NCBI GenBank assembly: GCA_905178155.1
Contig: CAJINV010000005.1
Location: forward strand, 3,823,556 to 3,887,555
From: Amoebophrya sp. A120
Lineage: Eukaryota > Protista > Dinoflagellata
Direction: 5' to 3'
DNA length: 64,000 bases
Shown piece after piece: positions 12,187-24,404 of this stretch. How positions within the stretch are numbered: the stretch's first letter is position 1; each line of letters begins with the position of its first letter. The notes under the pieces are model-generated. The model made no database searches and was not told where the DNA came from. It worked only from the letters and a program-made list of their open reading frames with translations. The position numbers were made by a program, and so were the translations under genes.

Positions 12187-13893
12187 TCAGCGGTTCCACC
12201 TGCCGCTGAGCGCATCGCACTCTGCCAATGCCTGCAACCAGGCCTCAGCCGACGGATTGGCATTACCCGCGACATTGCTAGAAGAGGCAAAGATCGCAAT
12301 TACGTAGCCGCTATGCCTTGTAAACATGTCTGGGTCTGAGAGGAAACCGCAGTCGTGTCATGCGGCTTTTGTATGACATGCAAGGTATGGTTTGGGATAA
12401 ACGCCCTAATATCATCGCTTATTTTGTTTTTGCGACATACCCATTCTGCATGAGAAATCCACCCCCTTCAGCGTGATCAAAAACGAACAGCATTTGGATC
12501 TGCTGTTCATGCAGTGCAAATCTTTGGCTCAGCACCCTGAGCTACCATCACAAATGTGCGACATTTTTCCTCGACCCAAACGTATTTCAAAGCATAGCCG
12601 CGCCAGTCCAACAACTCAATGGTCCCCCGGTAGTGACCCCGCACCGCCCGGCAGTTTCCAAGAGGCGCGAACGGATAAATGGCCTCCGCTTTGATCGCGG
12701 CCTGGTGCTGCAACTGCTTGTAGTACTCCTCTGTACCCGCACCACCATTTGCGCCACCTGCTTCCTCGTTCTTTCTTGCCTCATTTTTGTTCTCGCTCTG
12801 GATCGTGCGCAGCAGCAAGACTCTTGCCTTCCGAAAATGCTCCAAGTTTGCGAACTGGAAGAGCCGGCCGTCGCGCAGCAGCACGAGATACACCTCTCGG
12901 TTTACCAGCAGGGCCGGCGAGACCTGCTCCAGATAGCCCTCCAGAGTAATGTCTGGGTTGCTTGGAAAAGCAACGGACAGTGGCGGAAAGTCGCTATCGG
13001 TCACGTATTTGCCCGACGCAACCGGATAGTAGTGCTTTTGCTCCTCGGAGTCGTCGAAAAGGCTCCCGAACCAACCGTCACCTGGAAAAATTTATTTTGG
13101 CAGCAAGGTCGACGTCCTAGCACTACTCGTGGGGGCAGCCAGTATGGCAGCTCTGCATGTTGCGAAAAATAACACTATCATCCGGTGAGGCGGGAGGTTC
13201 ACAGAATACTCATTTTCATGTACATAGTCCACTGCGTTTGTTGTACTAGGTTTTCAACATCACCTGCAACATCACGACTTCGCATGTGAAGTAAAAATGC
13301 CGACGCAGCTGCACGGAGCAAGAAAGTAGCTGTACACCCGCAACATCAAGACAATGAGAAAACAATAAAAGTCTATGTGAAATAAGGTATATGCGTATCA
13401 AAATACAGGCCCGGCCGCAGCAGCGGTTGCTATCTGGACTTGGAGGCGGTCTGCGCAGCATGCCGCCGCCCTTATAGGCAATTTCTAGGACGTTCTCGGG
13501 CGTAAACCGGGTTTTCGTCTCCCGGACGAGGTTCAGCATGGGCACCTTCTCCGGGCGACTCGTGTGCACCTGCGCCGCGGCGCGGATATCCTGTCGCGGT
13601 ACGCGGTAGTTCCAAAACGCATGCTCCCCTTGATGTTCCGGGCCATTACCATTTCCGGGCAGACGGCCGCTGCTTGGCTGCACGTTGCGTGCCGGGCTCT
13701 CGTCGATCCGCCGCTGGATTTCCGACTTTGGCCGGAACACAAACTCCTGCGCAATCGGGGGCCCCGTGTCGGTTTGCTCCTGGTAGTTCTCCTCGTCGTT
13801 GTAACCGATTGCGGATATGATTGCCGACGCGTTGCGGGGCTGCGTCGCTCCTTTCGGGGCCGGGAACGGGTGGCCGCCTGTCGTGGTCACCAT
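12187..13893 (-). CDS. PH-domain-like protein
   Basis: TLEGYLEQ...YLVLLRDGRLFQF and, after introner removal, WRGYVIAIFASS...AEAWLQALAEC (PH C-terminal helix with Trp). Confidence 0.6.
12312..12596. mobile_element. Introner, diverged family A
   Basis: tatgccttgtaaacatgtctgggtc ... gacccaaacgtatttcaaagcata; TSD GCCGC/GCCGC. Confidence 0.85.
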
Positions 13894-14797
13894 CGCGAGG
13901 AGCGACGATTGCTTTCGTACTACTGAAGGGCACTACTCGTGAAAATAAGTTGTTCACAATTTTCAAACCAACGCGTTAAATGTACACGGAAGGAACTTCT
14001 AATACGGAACTAGAACAAAGAAAGTCAAGCTCTGAGACGGTTCGCGGAGGATCGAGAGGACTCTTGATGCAGCTAACCTCCGACTGATGAATTTCCTATT
14101 GATAAGTTTTCTAGCTCAACATCTAGGACAACTAGTAGTACTTAGGCGTTCTCCGGGGACGACCTGTCTGGCGCTTGCGTCAGGAAAGAACGAGATCGGC
14201 AACTTAGCAGAGTCATGAAGATGATAAGTATCTATGCATAGTAACTTAGAATAATCTTTACCGCGGTCCACTATTTTGTGCAGCGTTGGCAAGAGGTCTT
14301 TTCGAGTGGACCTGTTGCGTTTCTACTGCGAACTGCGGACCAACGAAGGACGAGGGCGGATCGATCAGGACGAATCAACGTGGACGGATCAACGAGGACG
14401 GATGGATCAACGAAAACTAGAGGAAACAATAGGTTTAAAAGTTTTCGAACGTTGGAACGAGTCGGAGGACGAAGCTCAGAACGAAATAATACAGAGGGAA
14501 TGCACAGAACGACGCTTCAGCTTGATTCTAGACATGGTATTTCTATTGTCGTTGCTGCCAGTTTTGAATAAAGTTCTTCGCAAAAAATTCGTTCTTTCGA
14601 TCTGACACGAAAGTTGTAGAGGTCTTTACCGTAATAACACCGAGACGAGGACGACTCCGAAGTTAGAAAATAAATCGGAGACAGAAGAGAACAAACTGTA
14701 GTTTGACCACAAGCTGCTCCGACAGAGGAAGTCAGTCTCCTTTGCCGCAGAGAGCACAACAGATTGGTTTTCGGCGGTCCAACAGCCTGCCTTTTCT

Positions 14798-16523
14798 TTA
14801 AAACGGTACCTTGTCGTACGGGTCGATCCAGTTGATCACCTTCACGTCGGGCGTTTGCCCGACGACCAGGTCGACATCCACGCGCTTCGGCATCGGGTTG
14901 CGGCGATCGCGAGATGGGAACGCGGACATCATCTCTACTTCCACGTTCTGTCGGCGGACCCAGTCCTGCGTGCTTTTCCAGCCCCGGAAGTCCTCCGCTA
15001 GTTCGTGGACCGCATCGTCGCCGTCTCCCATCTGATCCCACCCCACGCTGACGGCATACGCCTGCGCCTTCTTTTCAGCCATTCGCGCGGCCCGGTCGAT
15101 CTGCTTGCGACGGGTGGAGGAAAGGCCGCAGGTGCGAAGAAAGTAATTTTCGCCAAAGTCCTCGACTACCCTCTCCACGGTTTTTTCCTTGAGTCGGTAC
15201 CGCTCGCTGATCCGCGGGATGGTGAATCGAACCGGGTCCCAAGTGTGCAGAAAAAACAGGTACTCGCGGAAGGCGTATAGCGAGGGAAAATCCCCCCTCC
15301 TAAAAACGTCTCTTGTGATCCTGAGTTTGTGGAAAAGTACACAAGTCAGTTTGTATTGCGTAAAAGGCAGGCGAGTGCTTTGCGTCAAATTATGTTGCTG
15401 TTTGGCCTGTTGCGTGGACAGTAGTCATGCCGAACAGGTCGTGTGACTCTACGCACTACATCGTCCAGTGGCATGCTACAAAGCGATTTGTGTGCTACAC
15501 AAAGAAATCCGCGACGTAAGTTTCCCACTTCAATTTGACTAGGAGGGATCTTTTCCTGACGATAAGTAGGGGTCCAGCTTGAGGTGACTCTCGACGTAGA
15601 TGGGGAACTTTCGCGGGGTCAGCTTGTTCAACCCCTTGGGTTGGAGGTACCGCCAGTTTCTCGCCGTGGACAGTGTCGGGAACCGATTGCCGCTGAAATC
15701 CGTGTACGGCTCATCCGCATGACAAAAGCGACCCCCCGTCCCCGTAGACAAAGGAAATTCGATGTCGCGCGAAGTGCAGGCACAACGCACCGTCAGAAGT
15801 AATGCTTCTGTCATCGCTCGAGAGAAGCGCCGACTCTAATCCTACGTCGGATAACAACAAATCACTCTACTTCCATTACAGTACCGAAAGCAAATGGCCC
15901 CGACCTTTGATAGATACAAGTCTCCGAAACACGGCCCCCTAGTGTTCTTCCAAATAAACAAGTGCTTCGCACTTGTGAGAACATGCACAAGTCCAGCACC
16001 GACAACTTCCCTTCGCGAATGGAGACGAGGAGGATATTTCCTCGCGATATGGGTGAAGCGTATCCAGCGTGACGCCGCCTCCGTCCCGGAGCCGCACCCC
16101 GACGTCCGAACCGCTTTTGCCCGGGTTTTCCCTCTTGCCCCCGACATCTTTCAAGTCCGCATCCAGGACGAACTTGGTGGCCACGTCAGAGCGAGAGAAG
16201 CTGTGCGCGTCAGCGTGCGTTGCCACCGCGTCCTCGCTGCTGAGCTGCTGCCGGACGTTCCAGGGAAGCGGCCCGTGGTCGTCCGCGTGCGGAACCTGCC
16301 GTGGCAGAGGACGGAGCTTCGACGACCGAATGTTGCGCGCACTGCAGCGCTGCGCCCCCGCGCCAAGACTTGGACCGCGGGCGGCGAAGTGCCGGGTCTT
16401 CCCGCCAACGAGCGCAGCCATTCTTTGCGGTCCGGAGAGCAGGTCAGCTCTGTTGCTACGGAGCTGGCCGCGTGAGCGCAGAAGGAGCAACGACTTCTGA
16501 CAAACAAAACGGGAAAAGTGCAT
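14798..16523 (-). CDS. Putative mitochondrial protein with mS45/neugrin-like motif
   Basis: R/S/L-rich N-terminus MHFSRFVCQKSLLLLRSRGQLRS; three collinear exons; motif YLFFLHTWDPVRFTIPRISERYRL. Family call is tentative. Confidence 0.5.
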
Positions 16524-17457
16524 GAAAGAGCGCGCTTCGGAAACTGTGACGCACCAACTTGACCCTTCCCGGGCAAGAGGATTCGAACACTTTAACAGGC
16601 ACGGAGCCTAGAAAGCAAACGCAATGGCGGCACCAGGTGGCAGCGCCAAGACGGGGGGAATCCGGCAAGCGGGCGCCCCTCGCGGCGGACCGCCGGTGGA
16701 AAAACTTCCGCGAGACACGACAGGGGCAACGCCGGCCCCATCCGGTCGCGATCGGCCGCTGCGAAACAGACGCAGGAAACGCTTCACATTACCGATGCTG
16801 CAAGCTCCGTTGCGACTTCAAAGGGGCGCGGGAACACCGGAAGCGAAATCATACCCAACGGCGGGCGCCGCCCCTACGCTACGTTAGGGCAGAAGTCCTC
16901 GGCCCCCCTCAATACGCGCATCACAGTAGTCTCGATAAGTGGCCACAATATGAACACTTCCGCACTTCGCCGGCGTCATTCTCCTCATTTTTCTAATTTC
17001 AACAAAGTTCGAATATTCTCCGTGCTTTGTTTTAGGCTTTTCCAGTACATAAAACGCCCCTAGACTACGTTATTCGCGGCGGGTGGATGCCAGCGCACCT
17101 GGGTGGGAATGACAGCGGGGTAGCAGGCGGGAAAAGCCCGCGCTCCGTTATTCGAGGGAGCACGCGGGGGGCCGGGCGGGAAAGCCCAACAAAACAGGCG
17201 GCGTTCCCGGACAATAAATAAACTGGGGAAGTGTCCGGGCCTCTAGCGGGTCAGCAGAAGGCGCACGGCTTACATACTGCGCCGCGCCCGCGGCCCGCCG
17301 GCGCCGGATAGAAATGGCTACTCGCGCGGGCCCCCGGGCAAGGTATTTGCGACATGCGGAGGCGATGAAAGGGCTTGGCATGCAAGTCCGGTCGGCGCGG
17401 CAGCGCATTAGGCTTTGGCCGGACCCGCGCCAAAGCCTCGGGGCAGGGACGGGGGTA

Positions 17458-17496
<39 letters not shown>
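17458..17496 (+). repeat. G39 homopolymer
   Basis: 39 consecutive G with gggggtagg on both sides. Confidence 0.95.
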
Positions 17497-17499
<3 letters not shown>

Positions 17500-17669
17500 G
17501 AGGGGGTAGGCGTCCGAAAAAAATGCAAGAAAAACTAGCCTGCCCTGCTGCGGAAAGCAGACGAACCCGGGCCCCGGAGGCTCAATCACAGCCAAGAAGT
17601 GGCCCACCAAGGCTCCGCACCCCTATGCGCCTTGGAGGAAGTCGATTAGATCAGCCTAGGTGGATAGCA

Positions 17670-18650
17670 CTTGTAAAGAATCAGTAAAAAATCTGAAAAA
17701 ATCACATATGATAGAACACTTAAAAAGTATGGACGACTGCTCTGCAGTTGTCTGTGTTTCACATATTGGCGTGCCCTGACTTCATTGATGGGAGCAGATT
17801 GCGATTCAATATGTTGTGCTGCCCCCATTTTTGAAAATTGCGAAAAATTTTAAAAAAATGAAATTGGAAAACATTTGTGGATTTCCCGAAAAAGGCGCCA
17901 ATCAATGTAAGAACATGTATGGAAATTGCATTTTCTTTGAATCTTTTTAGGCAGATTTCCTTTGTACTCGTGTAATATTGTGCATTTTTGGAAATTTCAA
18001 AAAATTTCAAAATTTTATAGTCATAGCATAACTCTAAATATGTGGCCAATTAGGTTGCAGACAAGTACAGTCATCATATTGCGTCCCTTTTATTTGATTG
18101 ACTTGAGTAAATTACCTCCGTACGCGCTTAATTTGCATGATTTTGCAAAATGTAAAAAATTTGAAAAATTTCTAGACGTGGCCCAAAACAGGAAAAAATG
18201 CAAAATGTGCCTCATATAATCGAGGACATATGAAGAAACGCGATGCCTTCAGCTGTTTGCAAAGACCGATGTAGTTTATTTGTCAAGTTTTTCTGGGATT
18301 TTTTAAAGTGAGAAAATCTTGAAAGGTCAAAAAATTTTCTCTGTGGTGAAAGTCTTCCACTATTCATGCCCGTAGGTATATGATACCGCTTTAAAGAAGT
18401 AATTTTGTTGGCTGGCTCCATTTACTGAACTGGATTCCACAAGTTTTGACATAGTTTTTCATATTTTGGAAAATTGGAAAATTTCCAAAATTTTTTAAAT
18501 GTCGTATATGATGAAGAATATACTAGGAAGGGAACCAGTGGGAGCCCTTGTTTTTGTATAAGTTGCGTTCATTTTGGCCGATAAGAATCAACCAGCCCCA
18601 AAGTGGTAGTCTGCTTACTATTTTGGAAAATCGGAAATCGGAAAAACTTA
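17670..18650. repeat. AT-rich degenerate tandem array, ~157-bp period
   Basis: ttttg(g)aaaat-type phased A/T-tract blocks at about 17828, 17985, 18141, 18299, 18464 and 18621. Confidence 0.6.
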
Positions 18651-20899
18651 CTCAGGGATCTGGATGGTGCCAGGTCTCTGGAGTGCGTTGAAAAAGGCCC
18701 CCAAGCGGGCGCTTTCGGCAGGGTTTTGCGACCGCATTCGACCGGCAGGAGCAGACAAAATCCGCGTATCCTCTAAGATCAGGAAAAAAGCAAAAGACTA
18801 CCAATACGCGGGCCCTGCTCTGGAAACACTGGGAAGGTGCCTTGGCCAGGCCTCGCGCCTACAGCCATGCGACCTCTTTTCATCGACTAGGACTAACTAA
18901 AACGGCCGCGCGGGTTTCGCTGACTCTCGTGACCCCCTCAGCATGCGGATGGCGCGGTCTCTTCGCAGCCGCTTTGCTTCGCCTGTGCGCCGCACGGAGG
19001 CCGCTAGTTCATGCTCCGCTTTATGAGGCCTCGGCGCCGGCGCGGCGTGGCGCGACATCCCTCCTTTCAAATGGTGGGAAAATCCAAGGCGGCCGCTTCG
19101 TTGCGCGCGCAGGCACGCGCCCGGGCGTAGACTAGTGCGGGGAAGCGCCCTAGGCGCAAAGAAGAGGCGGTGGTTCGCAGCTCCGGGTTCTTGCGCTGAG
19201 TGCGTCCAGCGCGGGTGGTACTTCCCCGGATGCGGGGAAAACCCTTTCCTCCATCTCGGATTGCACTCCGCCCCGCGGAGAAAATCGCGTCTCGTCGTCC
19301 GCCCTCGTAAGCGTCCTTTTTCTGGCCGCTCTCTGTCTTGTATCCTCGCCGGCACTGGTGTTCTCTATGCTGAACAATGGGGACCACGACCAGAATGAAA
19401 GGTGCCGCGTAGTGCATTAGGGCGCCGCGCCTCCTCTGTCAAGTTCTCCGCTTTCGCAGCTTCATTAATACTCCAAGGCGCTCCAACCATCTTGCAGATG
19501 GCGCTTCTGTTCCGACGGAACATACAATCTACGACTTAGCCACTTCTCGCTACGGTTCCGCTTAAGTAAGCGAGGCAGCCGAACGGCGAGGCGCAGCTCC
19601 GCGCCTGTTCTCCTGCTTGGATAGGCTGCGCCTCGTGCTTGCCTGCATTCTTTCGCAAAGGCCGTAAAAGACGAACGACCGCGGGCGGGTGTCGGAGCGC
19701 TGCATCAACATCCCCCCCGAGCGCACTACTACTGCTTGGAAGAACGCGATCTGTATCGAGTTGGGGATCACGGTTTGGGAAAGATAAGCACAGGCAAGAT
19801 TTCCAAGCGGGAACGAAAGCGCAATACCCCATAACTAGCCGCGGCTCCGCTCTGCGCGTTGCGCCCTCTGCGACTATGCCGATTCGCCTCTATTACGAAG
19901 CTTGCGCGAAGCACCGGATTGCGCCATACCACGAGAGCGTGAGCAAGAGAGCGCAGCCGGATTGCGCCACCGCACGGGCTCGGCACCCAAACGAGCCGGC
20001 GCTTGTGAAAATTGCGACGCCTGGTCCAGACCGCCGCCTCGGGCAAGGCGTTTGTGGGGCGGGAGCGCTTTCCGGGCGGCCTGCGTTAGACGTATAACTT
20101 TTAGCATGGCATGACGCCCGCAACGACGCCTAGCTGGCGCGCCACTTGCACCGGTCCGCGCGTACTTGACAAAAGCGCCGGGTTGCGCAGCAGAAGCGGG
20201 CTTCCGCCGCGATCGGTTGCTGCAGTGGTGCGAATGCCGACGTGGAAAAATAGTTACCGCATCACCCCGGCGACGCGCGCGCCAGATTCTTCTTTGTCGC
20301 TCTCACCGGGCGGAAGTGCTGCGCTTTCCTTCCCGTCACTCAAGCCAGCAGTCCGCTTGGCCACTCTTGCTGGAGCAGACAACGCACAACAGGCAGCAGC
20401 AACTGAGAGCGCCGTACCGTGGTCAGGTGCTGGACCCCAGGACGGTCATCCAGCCTCGGAAACGGCGTTTCGTGTGCGACATGTCGGAAGCGGAGCGTGT
20501 TGCGTCAAGTTTTGACACCGCCCATGGCTCCATCCTTCTTCCCAGTTGGCGCCCGGGGAACAACGGAGCAGTTCTTTACCGATGGCGTCGCGGCGCGGGG
20601 CCTTTGTTGAGCAGTTTGCATTAGCACACCGGGGAGCACAAGCGGTACGCGCGCCACAGGAGTCGCGTTGCGGAGAGGAATCGGAGTAGGTGCTCCGAGG
20701 ATCAACTCAGTGCAAACAAGTTGGCGTCAGGTGCTCCTTCGCGTGGCTTGGCTTGTTGTATTTCCTGAACTCTTCAGTCTTTATCATCTTTTATAAATTT
20801 TCTTGTGCCGTGCTAATTATTGCTCGAAACAAAAGAAGACAGTGACAGAACCTTCTATCTCGTATTGCATGCGTCAGCAACTCTTCATCAAATGTAGTT

Positions 20900-21660
20900 T
20901 TGAATGAGTGAATGACTTACCCAACTGACGGCGTTATTGGAGAATTAGCAACAACTGTTGGAGGTCGAGAGACGAGGTCCTCCCTCTTCTGCGAAGCAAG
21001 GAAGTGTTATGCATAGGGCTGCGGTTGGATAAAACATGCGAAGTTTTGGGGGCTGGTGTGCTGGCCTCAGGCTAGGAACGACTTTTTTACCATGTGCTTG
21101 TACAACAAACGACGTATCACGTGATTGCGTCGTCCTAGGGCGGAGGGATCCCAGAAAGAGGCACAACGGATTTTGGCCGTATGCCAGACATTTACTTACG
21201 GAAGTGGCGATTAATTTCTCCGGCTCGGCATGATACTATACAGTCTCCGCATTTCTCTGCAGTTCTACAGGTGTCACAGATGGTACAACACCCACTGACG
21301 GGGCGATCCGAAGTTTCCATGTCATGAGGTATGAAAATACAGAACGCTGATGGCTCGCGCTTTGATCCCGAATTATTGCGTAGAGTGTTAATATCAAGTA
21401 GCCACTTTCTCAAAAACGATCTCTGTACCACTTGAAGCCGTCGAAGCATCGATAGTCGGTTCCGATATTTTTGTCAGTGATCAATTTATTTCGTAGGAGA
21501 TTCCGTATAATTCGAGCAAGAGCAACATACATTGTGATGTGCGAAGATATTCAGCATGAGCGAGAGACTGGCGTTGATCCGCTACACAACGTGAACGTGT
21601 TTCCAGATCTTACCTCACCGTTCAGCAATCGGCCCATGACGTGGCGTTCACGACCGTGAC
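20900..21660 (-). mobile_element. Decayed non-LTR (RTE-like) retrotransposon 3' remnant
   Basis: Frameshifted peptides LYGISYE..SLTK and LRRLQVVQRSFLRKWL resemble the post-RT region; ends in the (CATT)n-tailed repeat shared with 2971-3020. Confidence 0.35.
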
Positions 21661-21983
21661 AAAGAGCTGCGCTGCAATGCCCGGCTTCGTTTGAAAGAGA
21701 TCCGATTTACTACCATCGAACGGCATACTTACAACACCGGCTCTGTCCTTATCGTTTTGTGTTTTATTCTGATGCGGTGCACAACTTCGCTTTTTTAACT
21801 GTGATTCTCATTTCTGATACAAAAGAAACCCGTGCTTGCCAACCGAAAAATCTACAGTCCTTCCCCTTTCCATCGAAAAACAACGGTAGTTTTTGCTCAC
21901 TACTCGTAAATTCGGCTACTTGTAGCTACACTGTAAGAAGAGTTTGGTTATACACTGAATTTTCGCACCACAAACCAATCAAG

Positions 21984-22670
21984 ATGGCAAAGGCAATGAA
22001 GGCAAGCAACGCGATGAAAAAGGCCATGAAGGTATCCAATTTCAAAAAACGCACTTACGACCCCCGCCGACTCGTATTTCGTATTTTGCATGGCCAGGAC
22101 GAGTGCTCTGTGTGACACTTTGTCCTCCCAAGGGTCATTTTCTACTTGGCTTATCTGTCAGCAGGAGGAGAAAGGCAATTCATGACTCGTCCATCTCAAC
22201 ATGTATAATTTCGACCGGACTGCAAATGCATATCCAGTGAATATGGACCTGCATATCATTTAGAAAATTGGCAGAACTGCTTGGTAACGCGGGGGTCGGT
22301 AGTAAGCTTTTCCGTGGGATAGCTGGCCAGCAAGCCGAAAGCGATGAAATCGTCTGGTAAATCCAAGGCCATGAAGTCTTCGTCCTTGAAGAAGGGCGGT
22401 AAGGTATCTTGGGGAAAAATCCGCCCTCTCGCCGTCGAAAAATTGTCATGCAGAGTTGTGTAGTGCAGAGTCAGTACTGCGCGGTAGTACAACGGTAGTC
22501 AAATGTCACAGAAAGGAGAGGGGGATTTTTGCTCTCCATACAAGGCCATGAAGAAGAGCTCTGCTATGAAGAAGAGCTCTTCCATGAAAGCTGTTATGAA
22601 GAAGAGTTCCATGAAGGCGGCGATGAAATCTATGAAGAAGGAGGCACCAGCTGCACCTGCGGCCGCGTAA
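21984..22670 (+). CDS. Small Lys/Met/Ser/Ala-rich basic protein (83-84 aa), DVNP-tail or H1-like
   Basis: Exons 21984-22031, ~22323-22403, 22545-22670: MAKAMKASNAMKKAMK(L)ASKPKAMKSSGKSKAMKSSSLKKGGKAMKKSSAMKKSSSMKAVMKKSSMKAAMKSMKKEAPAAPAAA*. Confidence 0.8.
22033..22321. mobile_element. Old introner-derived intron
   Basis: tatcc...ggata ends; degenerate TSD GAAGG/GCTGG; GT-AG reading also in frame. Confidence 0.55.
22405..22540. mobile_element. Introner-derived intron with GT-AG junction
   Basis: aaaaatccgccctctc / gagagggggattttt inverted repeat; TSD TAAGG/CAAGG. Confidence 0.75.
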
Positions 22671-24404
22671 ATCAGGATGAAAGTGATCCCCTTTTTTGAC
22701 AGGTATATGGTGTTTTCTTTTTTTCAACAACTGCAGAATCATTTAGGAGTGGTTTGTCCACAACTACAGAATCATTTACCTTCTGAGAATTACACTGCAG
22801 TATGTGGGAGGCTTTTCCGCTCACCTTGAGAAGCGCGCGCGTCATTCTTTTTTTCAACAGCGCAACTGTTGTTGTGCTGGTAGCTAGTAGACTTTGCGGT
22901 CTGCTCCTTTTAAAGGTAAAGAAGACTCTTGCGAACTAGATCACAACAGAAGTAGACTTTTTGGAATCATATAGCCCTTTTTGCAGTCGGGCGATTTTAT
23001 ACGTTTGATTCACATGGTATTTTCAAACAAGTAATCGGCTTTTCATCTTCAGGTAACGACTAGAAGCTTCAGCAGGTGACGAGCACCAAGCGGGTTTGCT
23101 CCTGCCTACATCATTCTGTCCTTCGACGACCTGATCCTGAGCGGCTCGTGGCGCAGAGGTACAACAAGTTTTAGCCTTGTGCTTCTTGAGGTTTTGTCTC
23201 GATTTGTTGACTTCCTACACGATTTAGTAGAGCACGTTCCGCAGTTGCTGCGAGCGTTTTGGTAGTTTACGCTTATTTCCTCAAAGTGACACTTTTTACC
23301 TTCAGGTACTGCTACCGGCCAGGGACGCAGGAGTGATGTGGCCAGCGCAAATACACCACGGATCGCTGAAGCTTCAACTCGGGCTGGCAACTGCGAGCAC
23401 GTGTCGAAATTGGAACTGCCTCTGTAAAAAGATGAACTCGAGTCATGCTTTTCCACTAGTACTGTATACCCTAGCTACCCACTCACTCTACTGACTGACT
23501 TTCATTGATAATAGTAGCGTCAACGTACAGCGATTGGTAATAGTAGCGTCAACAGCACTTGTTTCCTGCTTCTTTTACGAATTTCGAAATGTACAACTCC
23601 GCTTCTGCCTGTTGCTGAGCCTCAGAAGATTTTTCTTTGCGGAAAGAGTTATTCTTGGGGATGATTCAGTGCCTTTAATGAACCAACGAGAAACATTCGC
23701 CCGCTGACTCGAGAAAGGATTCAAGCGCGTGATCAGGCGAGCTTCTACCGCCGCGCCAGCGAGGCTGTATCAGAGAAAGCGTTCGCAAGTTCGTTGATAC
23801 CCATTGGGTGTATGACAGTGCGATCCTCGGCGATCCATTCTGCATCAGGGATCAATCTTTTTTGCGTTTCGACACAACACACGTGCGCTCTTTTCCATAG
23901 CAGCGTCTCGCAGAAAATCGGTTGCTGATCATGTCAAAGTGCTGTCACATGAGTAAGGGAGTATTAGTCATCACGTGATAAAAATTGTAGTTGCTGGTGT
24001 AACAAGATGACTCCCTGTAGTACAGGAGTCGATGTAAAAGAGAGAGCCGACGCCTGGTCGCTTGTGTAAGAGGTAGATGTGAAGCATCACGTGTGCTGAA
24101 AACAAGATGTCGATCGCAAATCGGTTGCAGTCCATTCACCGAGGTGTGACTGCCGATAGTCATGCTTGCAGTGATATCCATGAGGACCAGCTACTTAGCT
24201 CTCACGTTTTGTCTCGACACTAGTGGCTCACCTGGGCGCGTCGCTTCGCTTGTGGCTGCGAACAGCCAGATAATTTTCCAAATGTTGCATGCTAAAAGAA
24301 ACGCTTTTTATACGCGAGCAGTAAATCATTCTGCACTTACGCAAAACGTGAGAAGTATGTGCTGCCTGTTTTCCTAGAGCATAAGGCAAAAGCTGCTCGG
24401 AATA

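Noticed and set aside
17148-17687. Poly-Pro and poly-Gly ORFs
   Set aside because: By-products of the G39 tract; no other coding signal.
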